From the NCBI RefSeq assembly GCF_009914755.1, contig NC_060942.1: DNA of 64,000 nucleotides. One strand, written 5' to 3'. The notes beneath the pieces were generated by a model. It was not told the DNA's origin. It made no database searches and worked only from the letters and a program-made list of their open reading frames with translations. Source of the stretch: the human T2T-CHM13v2.0 reference genome, Homo sapiens. Below are positions 1 through 12,792 of the stretch, in pieces. Made by a program: the position numbers and the translations under genes. How positions within the stretch are numbered: position 1 is the first letter of the stretch; the number at the start of each line of letters is the position of its first letter.

Positions 1-475
1 GAAGACTGCAGGATCACATTTCTATGTAGAGTTTTTAGGAGTCAAACCCAAAGAAGTAGGAAACAGAATGGCGGCCCCCAGGGTCTAAGGAAAGGAGGAA
101 AACAGGAAGTGTTGATCAAAGGATACAAAGCTTTAGTCATGCAAAATAAATAAGTTCCAGAGATTACTGTATAACAGAAGGTGTATGGTTAACAAAGCTG
201 TGTTGTTGTTTTCTGTTTCTTTTTTTTTTTTTTTTTTGCTAGGAGGGTAGATCTTATATTAAGTGCTTTTACTACAAAAGGAAAAAAATGCAACAAAACA
301 AAAACAGGGAAACAAAAATAACCCAAGTGGGGCAGGAGTAAATTTTTTGAGGTGAGAGATAAGTGTATGACATTGTGATGATGATTTCATGGGTGTATAC
401 TTACCAAAAATGACATCAAGTTGCATAAAATAAACATATACAGTTTTCTGTATGTCAATCAAAGGTTGATAAAGA
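1..475 (+). mobile_element. Old L1M (L1MA/MB-type) 3' UTR fragment
   Basis: Resembles L1M 3' end motifs (gttgatcaaaggatacaaag...taagttccagagat; ttgctaggagggtagatctt; gatttcatgggtgtatac...tatgtcaat). Confidence 0.65.
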
Positions 476-890
476 GGAAGACAATTTAAAAGAGAATTAC
501 TATTGGACTTAATATTAGGAGACCACCAATGGCTATCACAGAGTTTCAGGAGCACAGAGAGAAGCAGAATGCAGGGCACTGCACATTGAATGTGAGGTAA
601 AGCTGTTAAGGACATGACAATAACACTTTGATTCCAGATGAAAGTGGGAGTGGGAAATGGGGCAGTAGTTGGATGGGTATTAGGTAGGTAGGAGATGGTT
701 GCGTTCATTTGAGGCAAATAAAAGGAAGTAGAAAGGGGGATGCTGAAAGTACAGTAGAAAGAGTAATTAACAGACGATGCAATGTTCTGGAAGCAATAGT
801 GAGGAGTGGGATACAGAGCTGAATTAAAAGGTGTAAGAGAGAAGACAGGAAGACAGGACAGTCGTGAGGGTAGATGTGGATGTAGATTAG

Positions 891-1195
<305 letters not shown>

Positions 1196-1530
1196 ATTTC
1201 TTAAAAACTAAGGGAGGTAAGGTTTGCTGCTGATAATTGTAGGCAGGGGTTTTGAATACTAAGCATAAGATATCTGTGTATTATTGGAATACTCATAAAG
1301 GAGGATGAAAGAAAAGGATGTACTAGAGCAAATAATCAGAATCAAGCCACAGATTTCTTGGGGCACCAAGTTTTACAGTGGTATAATATTCTATGATAAT
1401 CACCAGCCATCCCCATGTGTAAATGGTTAGGTGGGCTTTAATTCTGAGTTGCAGTTTGGCTAGAAAAGTAGAGTAAAATAAAAATCACAAGGTAACTGAG
1501 ATACCTGAGGGGGAAGAAGTAGATGATCAG

Positions 1531-1907
1531 TGATATGGTTTGGGTTTGTGTCCCTGCCCAAATTTCATGTCTAATTGTAAACCCCAATGTTGGAGGCAGG
1601 ACCTTGGTGGGATTTGATTGGATCATGGGAGTGAATTTCCTTTTGCTGTTCTCATGATGGTGAGTGAGTTCTCACGAGATCTGGTTGTTTAAAGGTGTGT
1701 AGCACCTTCCCCTTCACTCTCTTCTTCTCTGTCCTTGTGAAGATGTGCCTGCTTCCCCTTCACCTTCTGCCATGATTGTAAGTTTCCTGAGGCTTCCCCT
1801 GCCATTCTTCCTGTACAGTTTACAGAATCATGAGCCAATTAAACCTCTTTTCTTTATAAATTACCAGTTTCAGATATATCTTTATAGCAGTGTGAATGGA
1901 CTAATGA
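1531..1907 (+). mobile_element. MaLR solo LTR (THE1D/MSTA-like)
   Basis: Begins tgatatggtttgg; contains gagttctcacgagatctggttgtttaaa and gccaattaaacctcttttctttataaattacc; ends ggactaat. Confidence 0.9.
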
Positions 1908-3299
1908 AGTGAGTCATGTAGTCTCTGTGGGACTGAGAAGGAAGAGAGTCCAGCAGGAGTTGATAGATCAGAAGAACATAGAAAAGTCAAGAATCTTTGC
2001 ATTTCTTTAAATCAAAGAGTAGAAATGATGTGAGTTACATTACAGGAAAGCTGGACGGATGGGAATATAATATCAGAGAGGTTATTGAAGTAGAATCTCT
2101 CAAACATATTAGTTTCAGATGATTTCACTCTCAAAAAATTATTTGATATGGAAAGGGGTAAATATTGTGATCGTTAATGATGTTCAAGAATTTGAGACTA
2201 GACAAGATTTTGGAACCAAAGGAAAATATTAAAATATCCTTGTTTAGTTTTAAAATAAGTAATCTGTCAGAGAAATAACTTGTCTGTGGTCCCACAGCTA
2301 CTATGTGGAGGAATTACAAGTATTTGTGGTGGAATTAGGAACAGAATTAAGATTCTTTTGACAAATAGATTAGTTTTTTTGTTATTATTACCTCTGTTAC
2401 CTAATATTGGAGAGTGTATTAATATCTTCTTTTTGTCCCCGAAAATGAGGAATCAATTGCTTAAGGTAGCAGTGAAACTTTTGTCAACAATATGTCTCAG
2501 AACAAATGATAAGCAATGGTAAAAAATAAAATGTTGCATGTCTTTTGCTCATGAAACTATATCCGTCATTAATAAAATGAGCTCTCCCTCTCTCAGTGTT
2601 TGCATATACACCTTATAGAGGAGGGGTGGTAGAAGACATGTTAACATTTGGATGGAATTTATTATTGTCTTTTATTATTTTCACATACTAGTCAAGAAAG
2701 ATATCTTATAAATATATTATAAAAAATGATCTTTACCTTTGCATATTGAATTGTATTATTTTTCTAGTGTTGATGCAAATATTTTTGCTAAGTCTCCTAT
2801 GTTGAATCAAAGGTATTCTAGAAGTCCAGAGTTTGCATGCTGATGTGCTGATTATTGTCTCTTGTAAAAAGAAACATCTACTTTAGAGGCAGTGTTAAGT
2901 GATGCTGTGCACACATTTGCATGTATTATTAACACTTTGACAACAGGGGCCGGTGTCTGTGGTGAAGGTAGAACAGGTGCCACAACCCACTGAGCTGACT
3001 CTTACCATGGTTTCTAGTTAGATTTCAAAAGATGAAGAAAATTGCATCCTCACCTCCCAAATAAGGTAATTCTTGGGCACATGTCAAATGACTGTGAATA
3101 ATTCTATGAAATCAATTGTCACATGAATTGAGTTCAGCACATCTTTCCTTTTTTTTTTTTAGGTAGGGAGGCACTCTTTTCATAGAAACCATAAAAATAG
3201 TGTGATGAAATTTACTGAGTCAATCAGACAGTTTGAGTGATTCAGTTAAGCTCTGATCCTATTATTAGATACCTAATACATACAGAAAACACAACAGAA

Positions 3300-3617
3300 G
3301 GCCAGGCACGGTGGCTCACGCCTGTAATCCCAGCAGTTTGGGAGGCTGAGGTGGGTGGATCACTAGGTCAGGAGTTTGGAACCAGCCTGCACAACATGGT
3401 GAAACCCCGTCTCTACTAAAAACACAAAAATTAGCTGGGCGTGGTGGTGTGTGCCTGTAGTCCCAGCCACTCAGGAGGCTGAGGCAGGAGAATCGCTTGA
3501 ACCCAGGAGGCCGATGTTGCAGTGAGCCGAGATCACGCCATTGCACTCCAGCCTGGGTGACAGCGACAGACCAAGACTGCATCTCAAGAAAAAAACAAAC
3601 AAACAAACAAACAAAAG
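3300..3617 (+). mobile_element. AluS with A/(CAAA)n tail
   Basis: ggccaggcacggtggctcacgcctgtaatcccagc start, middle A-rich linker, tail aaaaaaacaaacaaacaaac. Confidence 0.95.
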
Positions 3618-4071
3618 CATACAATACAAAATAACCCTAAGTCACAGAAATACTTGTAATGATTTACATTAACACTTTTTAAGTACTATATTCATTTGTT
3701 AGCTATTTAAGGCAAAGGCATATGCACTTAGGAAAGTATATGAGGTAGTTGAGAACTCAGCTTGATATGAGACTAAGAATTTGGAAAGTCTGTTCTAGGT
3801 GGAGGGAGTATGGAGGTGTAAGAAAGGGAAAAAACAACTAATTTTGAATTATTGGAACATAAATTGTAGAAGTAGAGATAGAGGCAATGCTACATTAAAT
3901 TGGAGAGGTAGGCAGAAACTAGATCCTGAAGCAATACTGATTAGGTAAAGTCACAACAGAAATCAGTCAAGGAGGAGAGAAGATGCAAATATCATTATGC
4001 ACAAAAGCTAAAGTAAATATTGTAATTCATCATAACATTTTTTCAATATTATAGGAATTGTAATGAAAATA

Positions 4072-4388
4072 CAGTCATCCTTCAGTATTGCTGGGGGATT
4101 GGTTCCAGGGCCTCCCTTGGATACCCAAACTGGAAGATGCTCAAGCTACTGATATAAAATGGCATAATATTTGCACATTCTCCCAAGTACTTTCAAGTAT
4201 TTCTAGATTACTTATAACACATAATATAAATGCGATGTAAATAATTGTTACAGTGTATTGTTTAGAACATATAAACAAGAAGAAAATCTATACATGTTTA
4301 GCATAGATGCAATTTTTAAAAATTGATTTTTGATCCACAATTGGTTGAATCCATGGATGAGGAACCCAGGTACAAGAAGGGCCAGTTG
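4072..4388 (+). mobile_element. MER2 (TcMar-Tigger MITE)
   Basis: cagtcatccttcagtat...gggggattggttccagg ... gttgaatccatggatgaggaaccc...gggccagttg; TA dinucleotides on both flanks (4070-71, 4389-90). Confidence 0.88.
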
Positions 4389-5330
4389 TATTACTTTACC
4401 TAATCTGGTTAAATTATTTCCATTGTCCAAAAAATAAAATATATACACATATATTTTAAGAGACATAGTACTTAAAATAAAATTGTGTGGCCTCTTCTCA
4501 GTTCTTCACCTATTGGTTACTTTTTAGTATTTTCCAGTATTAAGTATTATTGCCATTGTAACTTTAATTTGCGATAAAAATATAGTCTACTTATGTCCTG
4601 AAAGCTTACCTCAAGCCTTTTTTTCTAGCCCAACCTAATATTACTCCTGCCCTTTCTTGAATTATATTCAGTAAATAAGTCTATTAACTGCTTCTGTAAG
4701 CTTACTCTGAGTTTCTGTGACTATCCCTGCCCCACTCCCAACACACTTTTCTTCATAAAGACATCCCCGTCCTTTTATTTCCACTTGCCAGAACCTACTC
4801 AAGTTCGTCTCTGGAAAAGTGCTACTCATCACATGAAGCTCTAATTAAGCAGGGAGAATTGGCCTCTACTTTTGCTCCCACAGATGTGGTTAAACCTTTA
4901 TTCGAATACAAGGATTGTTTCTTTCTTAAATTATATATAAACCACCCAAACCTTTGTACAAGGTGCTGTTATTCAAAAGAAAGCTAGGCGTTGGCTACTG
5001 TTACTTCTCCAACATCATCCTCCTTGTTTGGTTCTGACCTCTGCAACCCTCTTCCTCTCATAGACAGGATGGTTCACCTCCACCAGAATTACAGTCTAAT
5101 CCCAGTGCTCAGGACTAGTTCTGAACAAAGCAGCCTTTAGGCCTAATCGATTTAAAGATCAAACCCATTTATACTAGCCACTGATATATTCTATTTTCTA
5201 CTAAAACTCCATGAACCTTTTTACCAGTTACTCTACATGGTTACCTAGTGGATCATTCCTCTATTATCTCATGATTGACTATTCTGTCAGTTTTTATGGT
5301 CTGAAATATTATATTTAAGTCCTTCAGTCT

Positions 5331-5412
5331 CTACCCAAGACACTGATTATTGGAGTGGGTAGACATTAAGTGTTCAATAAATGTCTTTGGAGTGAATGAA
5401 TGAATGAATGAA
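5331..5412 (+). mobile_element. L2 3' terminus fragment
   Basis: gttcaataaatgtc...gaatgaatgaatgaatgaa, the typical L2 tail. Confidence 0.6.
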
Positions 5413-5645
5413 GTACATGCAGAAATCAGTGAATGAATTGTTAAGACTTGAGGAATCATGTACTGATTGCCACTGTCCAGGGAATTACACTCAAAAGAGA
5501 GGCCACTCCTTAGTTTCATACCATTTGTCCCACTGTGCAGCTTTCTTTCTGATCAGGGGTATGTTGTTGCTAAGGAATGGACTTGCCAAAGTAAATCCTG
5601 CCCTCTCTGTGTGATAAAGAAAAGGAAGAGAGAGTCCTTTGATGA

Positions 5646-6012
<367 letters not shown>

Positions 6013-6059
6013 GCAATATACACTTTTTAAAGCAGTAAGAAAACCTCAAGGTTACTCAC

Positions 6060-6195
6060 ACTTCATCCTTTGTACAGAAGAGTCTCTTAAAAATAAGAAA
6101 GGTTGAGTTATTTGCCGAAGTTTCGTGGTAAATTGCAGCAGAATTGAGAAGACAGCCTTGATTTCCTATCTCACCATCCAGTGCTGTTTCCATTA
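6060..6195 (-). mobile_element. MIR fragment
   Basis: tttgtacagaagag...aggttgagttatttgccgaag...ccagtgctgtttccatta resembles the MIR core in reverse. Confidence 0.5.
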
Positions 6196-6829
6196 TAAGC
6201 ACATTTACATCATGGCCTTAACAATGAAGTGAGCTAATATGACTTAATCTTCATATTTCTTGACTAGTGATTACATTTTTACTTATTGCTGTATCACAAA
6301 GTTGCCAAGAAGCTTTATAAAAAAATGGCACAAACTGTGATTTTATGATACATCAGTCTTTTCTTGATATCGACTAGGCTGAAGATGACATTTTTTTTTT
6401 GGCCAACTTTTCTAATCTGCCAAATAGCTTTTTAAAAGCAATAAATATAAAGTAAAATTTCAAAGCAAATGCTCACTCAATTCTCAAGGCAACAATTTAG
6501 AAAAGGAAAGCAACAGAAATGTCAGGAGGAGCCTCTAAGAGGTCATGTGGCCTTGGATGGAACTTTGCACTCTCTCAGATCCCTCCAGGAAGGAAAGCCA
6601 TTTGTGCTGGCCGCGCTGGGGCGGAGCAGTCCCTGAGAGTCAGGTGCAGAGCTGCTTGGGATGTGCTCTCCACCCTTTTCCTCCCCAGGAGACTTCTTAG
6701 AGCACTTGGAGCAATAAAAGAAGGAATCAATTCAACTCTCCTGCTTGTGGAACAGATTAGGAGATATGGACTTGTGTAAAATACTTTAATTTTCACATTG
6801 CTAGAATTTATTATTATATTGAAGGCTGT

Positions 6830-7196
6830 TGTATTAGTTTGTAAGGGCTGCCACAGCTAAGTATCAAACTGGGTGGCTTAGGCAGACAAAATCTATTTCC
6901 TCACAGCTCTGGAGGCTAAGCTTAAGATCAAGGTGTCAGCAGGGTTTCTTCTGAAGCTTGGCTCATAGAGTGTCATCTTCTCTTTGTCTCCACACAGCCT
7001 TCCCTCAGTATCTCCCTGTGTCCTCATCACCTTTTCTTATAAGGACATCAGTCATATTGGATTAGGACCCACACACATGACCTCATGTTATCTTAATTAC
7101 CCCTTTGAGATCCTGTTTCCAAACACAGCCACATTATGAGGTAATGAAGGTTAGGGCCTCAATATAGGAATTTTGGAGGAACACAATTCTTTAACA
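6830..7196 (-). mobile_element. MLT1A/B-type MaLR solo LTR
   Basis: tgtattagttt..agggctgcc; ctcacagctctggaggct; cttataaggacatcagtcatattggattagg; acacaatt. Confidence 0.85.
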
Positions 7197-7564
7197 AATG
7201 TCTTTTGCTAGAGATCCAACTTCCAACATGAAGTAAAGAAAATGTGGGGCCATGATTTGAGGATGCTTTTTGGGAATATGACAATTCTATATAAAGTGCC
7301 AACCAGGCCTCTGCTTTTCTGTTGGCAGAAAACCTGGAAGACAGTTCTGAATTGAGCCCCTGGTTAGGTAGCTTGCAGTTAGATTCCAGGACCCTAACAC
7401 TGAAAACTGACACTTGTTTGTTATTTCCATAACTTAAAGTCTATGTTAAACAACATTCTTGCTTATAGTTAGGGTGGGCTTATGTCAGTGACAGAAGCTT
7501 GATTCAAGTGCTCATTTATAATAAAACATCAGCTATTTATTTTTTGATGACTAGTTTATTATGG

Positions 7565-8113
7565 TATATTAGTCAGGGTTCTCTAAAGGGCCAGAACTAA
7601 TAGGATAGATATATACATGAAGAGAAGTTTATTAAGGAGTATTCACTCACACAATCAGAAGGTGAACTTCCACAATATACTGTCTGCAAGTTGAGGAGCA
7701 AGGAAGCAAATCTGAGTCCCAAAACCTCAAAAGTACAGAAGCCAATAGTGCAGCGTTCAATCTATTGCTAAAGGCCCAAGAGCCCCTGGTAAACCATTGG
7801 TGTAAGTCCAGGAGTCCAAAAGATGGAGAACTTGAAGTCAAATGTTTGAAGGCAGGAAGTACCCAGCACGGGAGAAAGACGAAGGCCAGAAGACTCAGCA
7901 AGTTTAGTCTTCCCACATTCTTCTGCCTGCTTTATTCTACCTGCACTGGCAGTTGATTAGATGGTGCCCACCCAGATTGAGGGTGGGTCTGCCTTTCCCA
8001 GCCCACTGATTCAAATGTTAATCTCTTTTGGCAACACCCTCACAGACACACCCAGGATCAATACTTTGCATCCTTAAATCCAATCTGGTTGACACTCAAT
8101 ATTAACCATGACA
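7565..8113 (-). mobile_element. HERV-L 3' LTR (MLT2A2-like)
   Basis: tattagtcagggttctct...ggcaacaccctcacagacacacccagga...attaaccatgaca; followed by the polypurine tract AAGGGGTGGACT on minus (8114-8125). Confidence 0.92.
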
Positions 8114-10494
8114 AGTCCACCCCTTGTGAACTTGAACCCGTACACATCTCCTGGAATCATATATAATATTCAAATAAAGACAATAATGAAGTTCATAATT
8201 ATGCCTAACATAATACAACTATCTTTCATACAACCAGAAGTGTACTAACCCTTAACATAAATACTACTTCATGAAGTTAACAACACTTAAATCCTGACAT
8301 GAAGTCAATAACTCTTATGTCACATGATAAAGGAAAAAGGAAATAAAATGAAGATATTTTATTAATACAAGTGTATACATTCACGAACGTGTTCTTAACA
8401 AAATAAGAAGGAAATACTCATCACAATTAGTCCTCGTTTCTGCAACTGGTCATGTGGTTGTCGCTGGTATTGATGACTACCTTCTTCTACTTTCTGTAGA
8501 AGTACATTCTGTGTTTCCTTTGCCTTCAGCAAGCACCTCAGCAGGTTGTAGTTTTTTACCTGGTGAAGTGACCCAAACCTTCATTCACGAAGGGTCTGGT
8601 CCATTTGCAGTCCTGCCTGGATTGGGTTGTTGTAGTTTCCCATTGATCTTAATCACAGAGCATGGTAATACTAACAGACACACTAATGGGTGTCTTGTAT
8701 TCCATGCGTACTCTTCCTTACCTCCATTATGGAGTAGTACACAGATTTCATCTGGTAGTCTGGGTAAATCACCCCAGCAAATACTGTAACTCTCTTCTAA
8801 CCTGTTGGCTTAGAGGTAGGAGAAGCCAAAAGTGGCCAGATGGCAACCTTAACTTCCAGTTTAATGGAATCATTGTTGTATATCCTGGTGGCAGCATTCC
8901 TGTCTCTGGAACTAAGACCTTTAAGCCAGCAGAATGTAATGTCATGGGAACATGAAGCAAGAATTTTGCTAGTGCGTCATTAGGGGTGATGATGAATGGT
9001 GCCACTTCCACTTCCATCACTTGATTCCTGGACCTGTGAATCCTGGTTATGGGAGAAAGAGTACCATATTTTGGATGCTGATTTAGAGCATACAAAGATT
9101 TCTGGAGAACTTTGCCCCAGCTCTGCAAAGTATTGTCACCTAGTTAGCATTAGAATTGTGACTTCAAAAGGCCATTCCACAGTTCTATCAATCCAGCTGC
9201 TTCATGATGGTGGGAAACATGGTAAGACCAGTGAATTCCATGAGCATGAACCCACTGCCACACTTCTTTAGCTGTGAAGTAAGTGCCTTGGTCAGAGGAA
9301 ATGCTGTGTGGAATACCATGACAGATAAACCATTCTGTGAGTTCATGGGTGGTAGTCTTGGGAGAAGTATTGCATACAAAATAGGCAAACCCATATCCAG
9401 AGTAAGTGTCCATTCCAGTGAAGACAAACTGCTGCCCTTTCCATGATGGAAGAGGTCCAGTATAATTAACCTGCCACCAATTAGCTGGCTGATCACCCTG
9501 AGGAATGGTCCCATATCAAACGCTCAGTGTTAGTCTCTGCTGCTGGCAAATTGGGCACTCAGCAATGGCTGTAGCCAAGTTAGCCTTGATGAGTGGAGTT
9601 AGCCTTGATGAGTTCATGTTGCTGAGCCCATGCATAACTTCCATTCTTGCCACCATGACCACTTTGTTGATGGGCCCATTGGGCAATGATAGGGGTGGCC
9701 GAGGAAAAAGGGTTAGTGGTGTCCACAGAATGAGTCATCCTATCCACTTTATTATTAAAATCCTCCTCTGACGAGGTCACACTTTGGTGAGCACTCACAT
9801 GGGATACAAATATATTCACAGTTTTTGACCACTCAGAGAGGTCTATCTGCATACCTCTTCCCCAAATTTCTTTGCCACCAATTTTCCAATCGTGCTTTTT
9901 CCATGTCCCTGACCATCCAGCCAAACCACTGGCTACAGCCCATGAATCAGTGTATAATCACACATCTGGCCATTTCTCCTTCCAAGCAAAGTGCATAACC
10001 TGGTGCACTGCTCAAAGTTCTGCCCACTGGGAAGATTTACCTTTGCTACTGTCCTTCAGGGATGTCCTAGAAAGGGGCTGTGGTGCTGCAGCTGTCCACT
10101 TCTAGGTGGTACCATCATATCTGGTATCATGTATAAACACCTGTAAACCAGGTTCTGGTATTGTGCAGAACCGTCAGTAAACCAGGCCCTAGTCTTCTCT
10201 TCCTGTGTCAATTAATTATAGAGATCTCCCCATGAGGTCATTGGTGCAGGCTGTGGGAGGGAAGGCAGGATAGCAGGAGTGGAAGTCATGGGCATTTGAG
10301 CCACTTTCTCATATAACTTACTTGTGCCTTCTGGACCACGTATATACCATTTCCATTTGATGATGGAATGCTGTTGTGCATGCTCAACTTAATGGCTAGA
10401 TGAGTCAGAAAGCACCCAGTTCATGATAGGCAGTTCAGGTTGCATGGTGACTTGATGATCCACAGTTAAACATTCAGTTTCTACCAAAGCCCAG
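8114..10494 (-). pseudogene. HERV-L internal 3' part: RNase H, integrase and dUTPase relics
   Basis: RNase H WFTDGS (TDGS at 10167-10178); integrase DTYSG...SDQG...LIE (ORF 9150-9413); dUTPase-like AGLKVLVP...IPLNWKLRLPSGHF after integrase (ORF 8769-9128), the HERV-L arrangement; frames broken. Confidence 0.92.
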
Positions 10495-12792
10495 TGACAT
10501 GGTTTGGCTGTGTCCCCACTGAAATCTCATCTTGAATTGTAGCTCCCATAATCCCTATGTGCCATGGGAGGGACCCAGTGGGAGGTAACTGAATCATGGG
10601 TATGGGTTTTTCCCATGCTGTTCTTGTGATAGTGAATAAGTCTCATGAGATCCAATGGTTTTATAAAGGGCAGTTTCCCTGCACATGCTCTCTTGCCTGC
10701 CACTATGTAAGATGTGCCTTTGTTACTCCTTTGCCTTCCACCATGATTTTGAAGGCCCCAGCCATGTGGAACTGTGAGTTCATTAAACTTATTTTTCTTT
10801 ATAAATTACCTAGTCTTGGGTATTTCTTATAGCAGTGTGAGAATGAACTAATACAGTAAATTGGCACTAGTAGAGTGGGGTACTGCTATTAAGATACCCA
10901 AAAATGTGGAAGCATCTTTGGAACTGGGTAACAAGTAGAGGTTAGAACAGTTTGGAGGGCTTAGGAGTAGACAAGAAGATGTGGAAAAGTTTGGAACTTC
11001 CTTGAGAATTGTTAAACAGTTTTGACCAAAAAGTCCAGGCTGAGGCGGTCTCAGATGGAGATGAGAAACTTATTGGGAACTGGAGCAAAGGTGATTCTTG
11101 CTATGCTTTAGCAAAAAGACTGGTGGCACTTTGCCCCTGCCCTAGAGATCTGTGGAACTTTGAACTTGGGAGAGATGATTTAGGGCATCTGGTGAAAGAA
11201 ATTTCTAAGTAGCAAAGTATTCAAGATGGGACTTGGGCGCTCTTGAAAGCATTCAGTTGTATTGATTCACAAGGATACAATTTGGAATGGCTTAGGTTTG
11301 AAAGGGAAGCAGAGCATAAAAGTTCAGAAAATGTGCAGCCTGATGATGCAATAGAAAAGTAAAATCCATTTTCTGAGGAATAATTCAAGCTGGCTACAAA
11401 AATTTGCATATGTAACGAGGAACCAAATGTTAATCACCAAGACAATGGGGAAAATGACTCCAGAGCATGTCAGAGGTCTTCACAGCAGCCTATGCCATCA
11501 CAAGCCAGGAGGACTAGAAGGGAAACTGGTTTCATGGTCCAGGCCCAGGGCCTTGCTGCATTGTGCAGTGTTAGGTCTTGGTGCCCTGAATCCCAGCCAT
11601 GGCTAAAAGGGGCCAATGTACAGCTCAGGTCATAGCTTCAGAGAGTGTAAACCCAATGTCTTGGTGACTTACACTTGGTATTGGGCCTGCAGGTGTACAG
11701 AAGTCAAGAATTCAGGTTTGGGAACCACTGCCTAGATTTCAGAAAAATGTGTGGAAATGCCTGGATGTCCAGGCAGAGGTGTGCTGCAGGGATGGAGTCC
11801 CCCTGGAGAACCTCTGCTAGGGCAGTGTGGAAGGGAAATTTGGGGAGGGAGCCTCCACACAGAGTCCCCACGAGGGCACTGCCTTGTGGAGCTGTGAGAA
11901 GTGGGCCACTGTCCTCCAGACCCCAGAATGGTAGATCCACTGACAGCTTGTACCATGCACCTGGAAAAGCCACGGGCATTTAATGCCAATCCATGAAAGC
12001 AGCCAGGAGGGGGGCTGTGCCCTGAAAAGCCACAGGAGCAGAGCTGCCCATGACCACGGGAACTAACCTCTTGTATCAATGTGACCTGGAGTCAAAGGAA
12101 ATTATTTTGGAGCTTTAAGATTTCACTGCCCAAGTAGATTTTGAACTAAATGGGGCCTGTATCCCCTTTGTTTTGGCCAATTTTTCCCATTGGGAATGTG
12201 TGTATTTACCTGATATCTGTACCCACATTGTATCTAGGAAGTAACTAACTTGCTTTTGATATTACAGCCTCACAGGCAGAAGGGACTTTCCTTGCCTCAG
12301 ATGAGACTTTGGACTTGGACTTTTGAGTTAATAATGCAATGAGTTAAGAACTTGGGGAACTGTTGGAAAGGCATGATTGGTTTTGAAATATACGGACATG
12401 AAATTTGGGAGAGGTCAGGGGCAGAATGATATGGTTTGGCTCTGTGTCCCCACCCAAATATCACCTTGAATTGTAGCTCTCATAATCCCCATGTGTTGTG
12501 GGAAGGACCTGGTTGGAGGTAATTTTCTCATGGGGGAAGGTTTTTTTGCATGCTGTTCTCATGATGGAGAATAAGTCTCAAGAGATCTGATAGTTCTATA
12601 AAGGGCAGTTCCCCTGCACATGCTTTCTTGCCCGCTGCCATGTAAGATGTACGTTTGCTCTTCCTTTGCCTTCTGCCATGACTTTGAGGCCTCCTTAGCC
12701 ATGTGGAACTGTGAGTTCATTAAACCTCCTTTTCTTTGTAAATTACCCAGTATTGGATATTTCTTATAGCAGCATGAGAACTGACTAATATA
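10495..12792 (+). mobile_element. Complete THE1B-like MaLR (LTR 10495-10855, internal 10856-12426, LTR 12427-12792)
   Basis: Two THE1 LTRs, internal start gtaaattggcactagtagagtgggg, PPT gaggtcaggggcagaa, 5-bp TSD CCCAG (10490-10494, 12793-12797). Confidence 0.94.

Noticed and set aside
259-717. 152-aa minus-strand ORF
   Set aside because: Overlaps an L1M 3' UTR relic in antisense; no homology recognised.
6608-6626. CTCF motif
   Set aside because: The strongly conserved central AG of the CTCF core is replaced by CT; weak match only.
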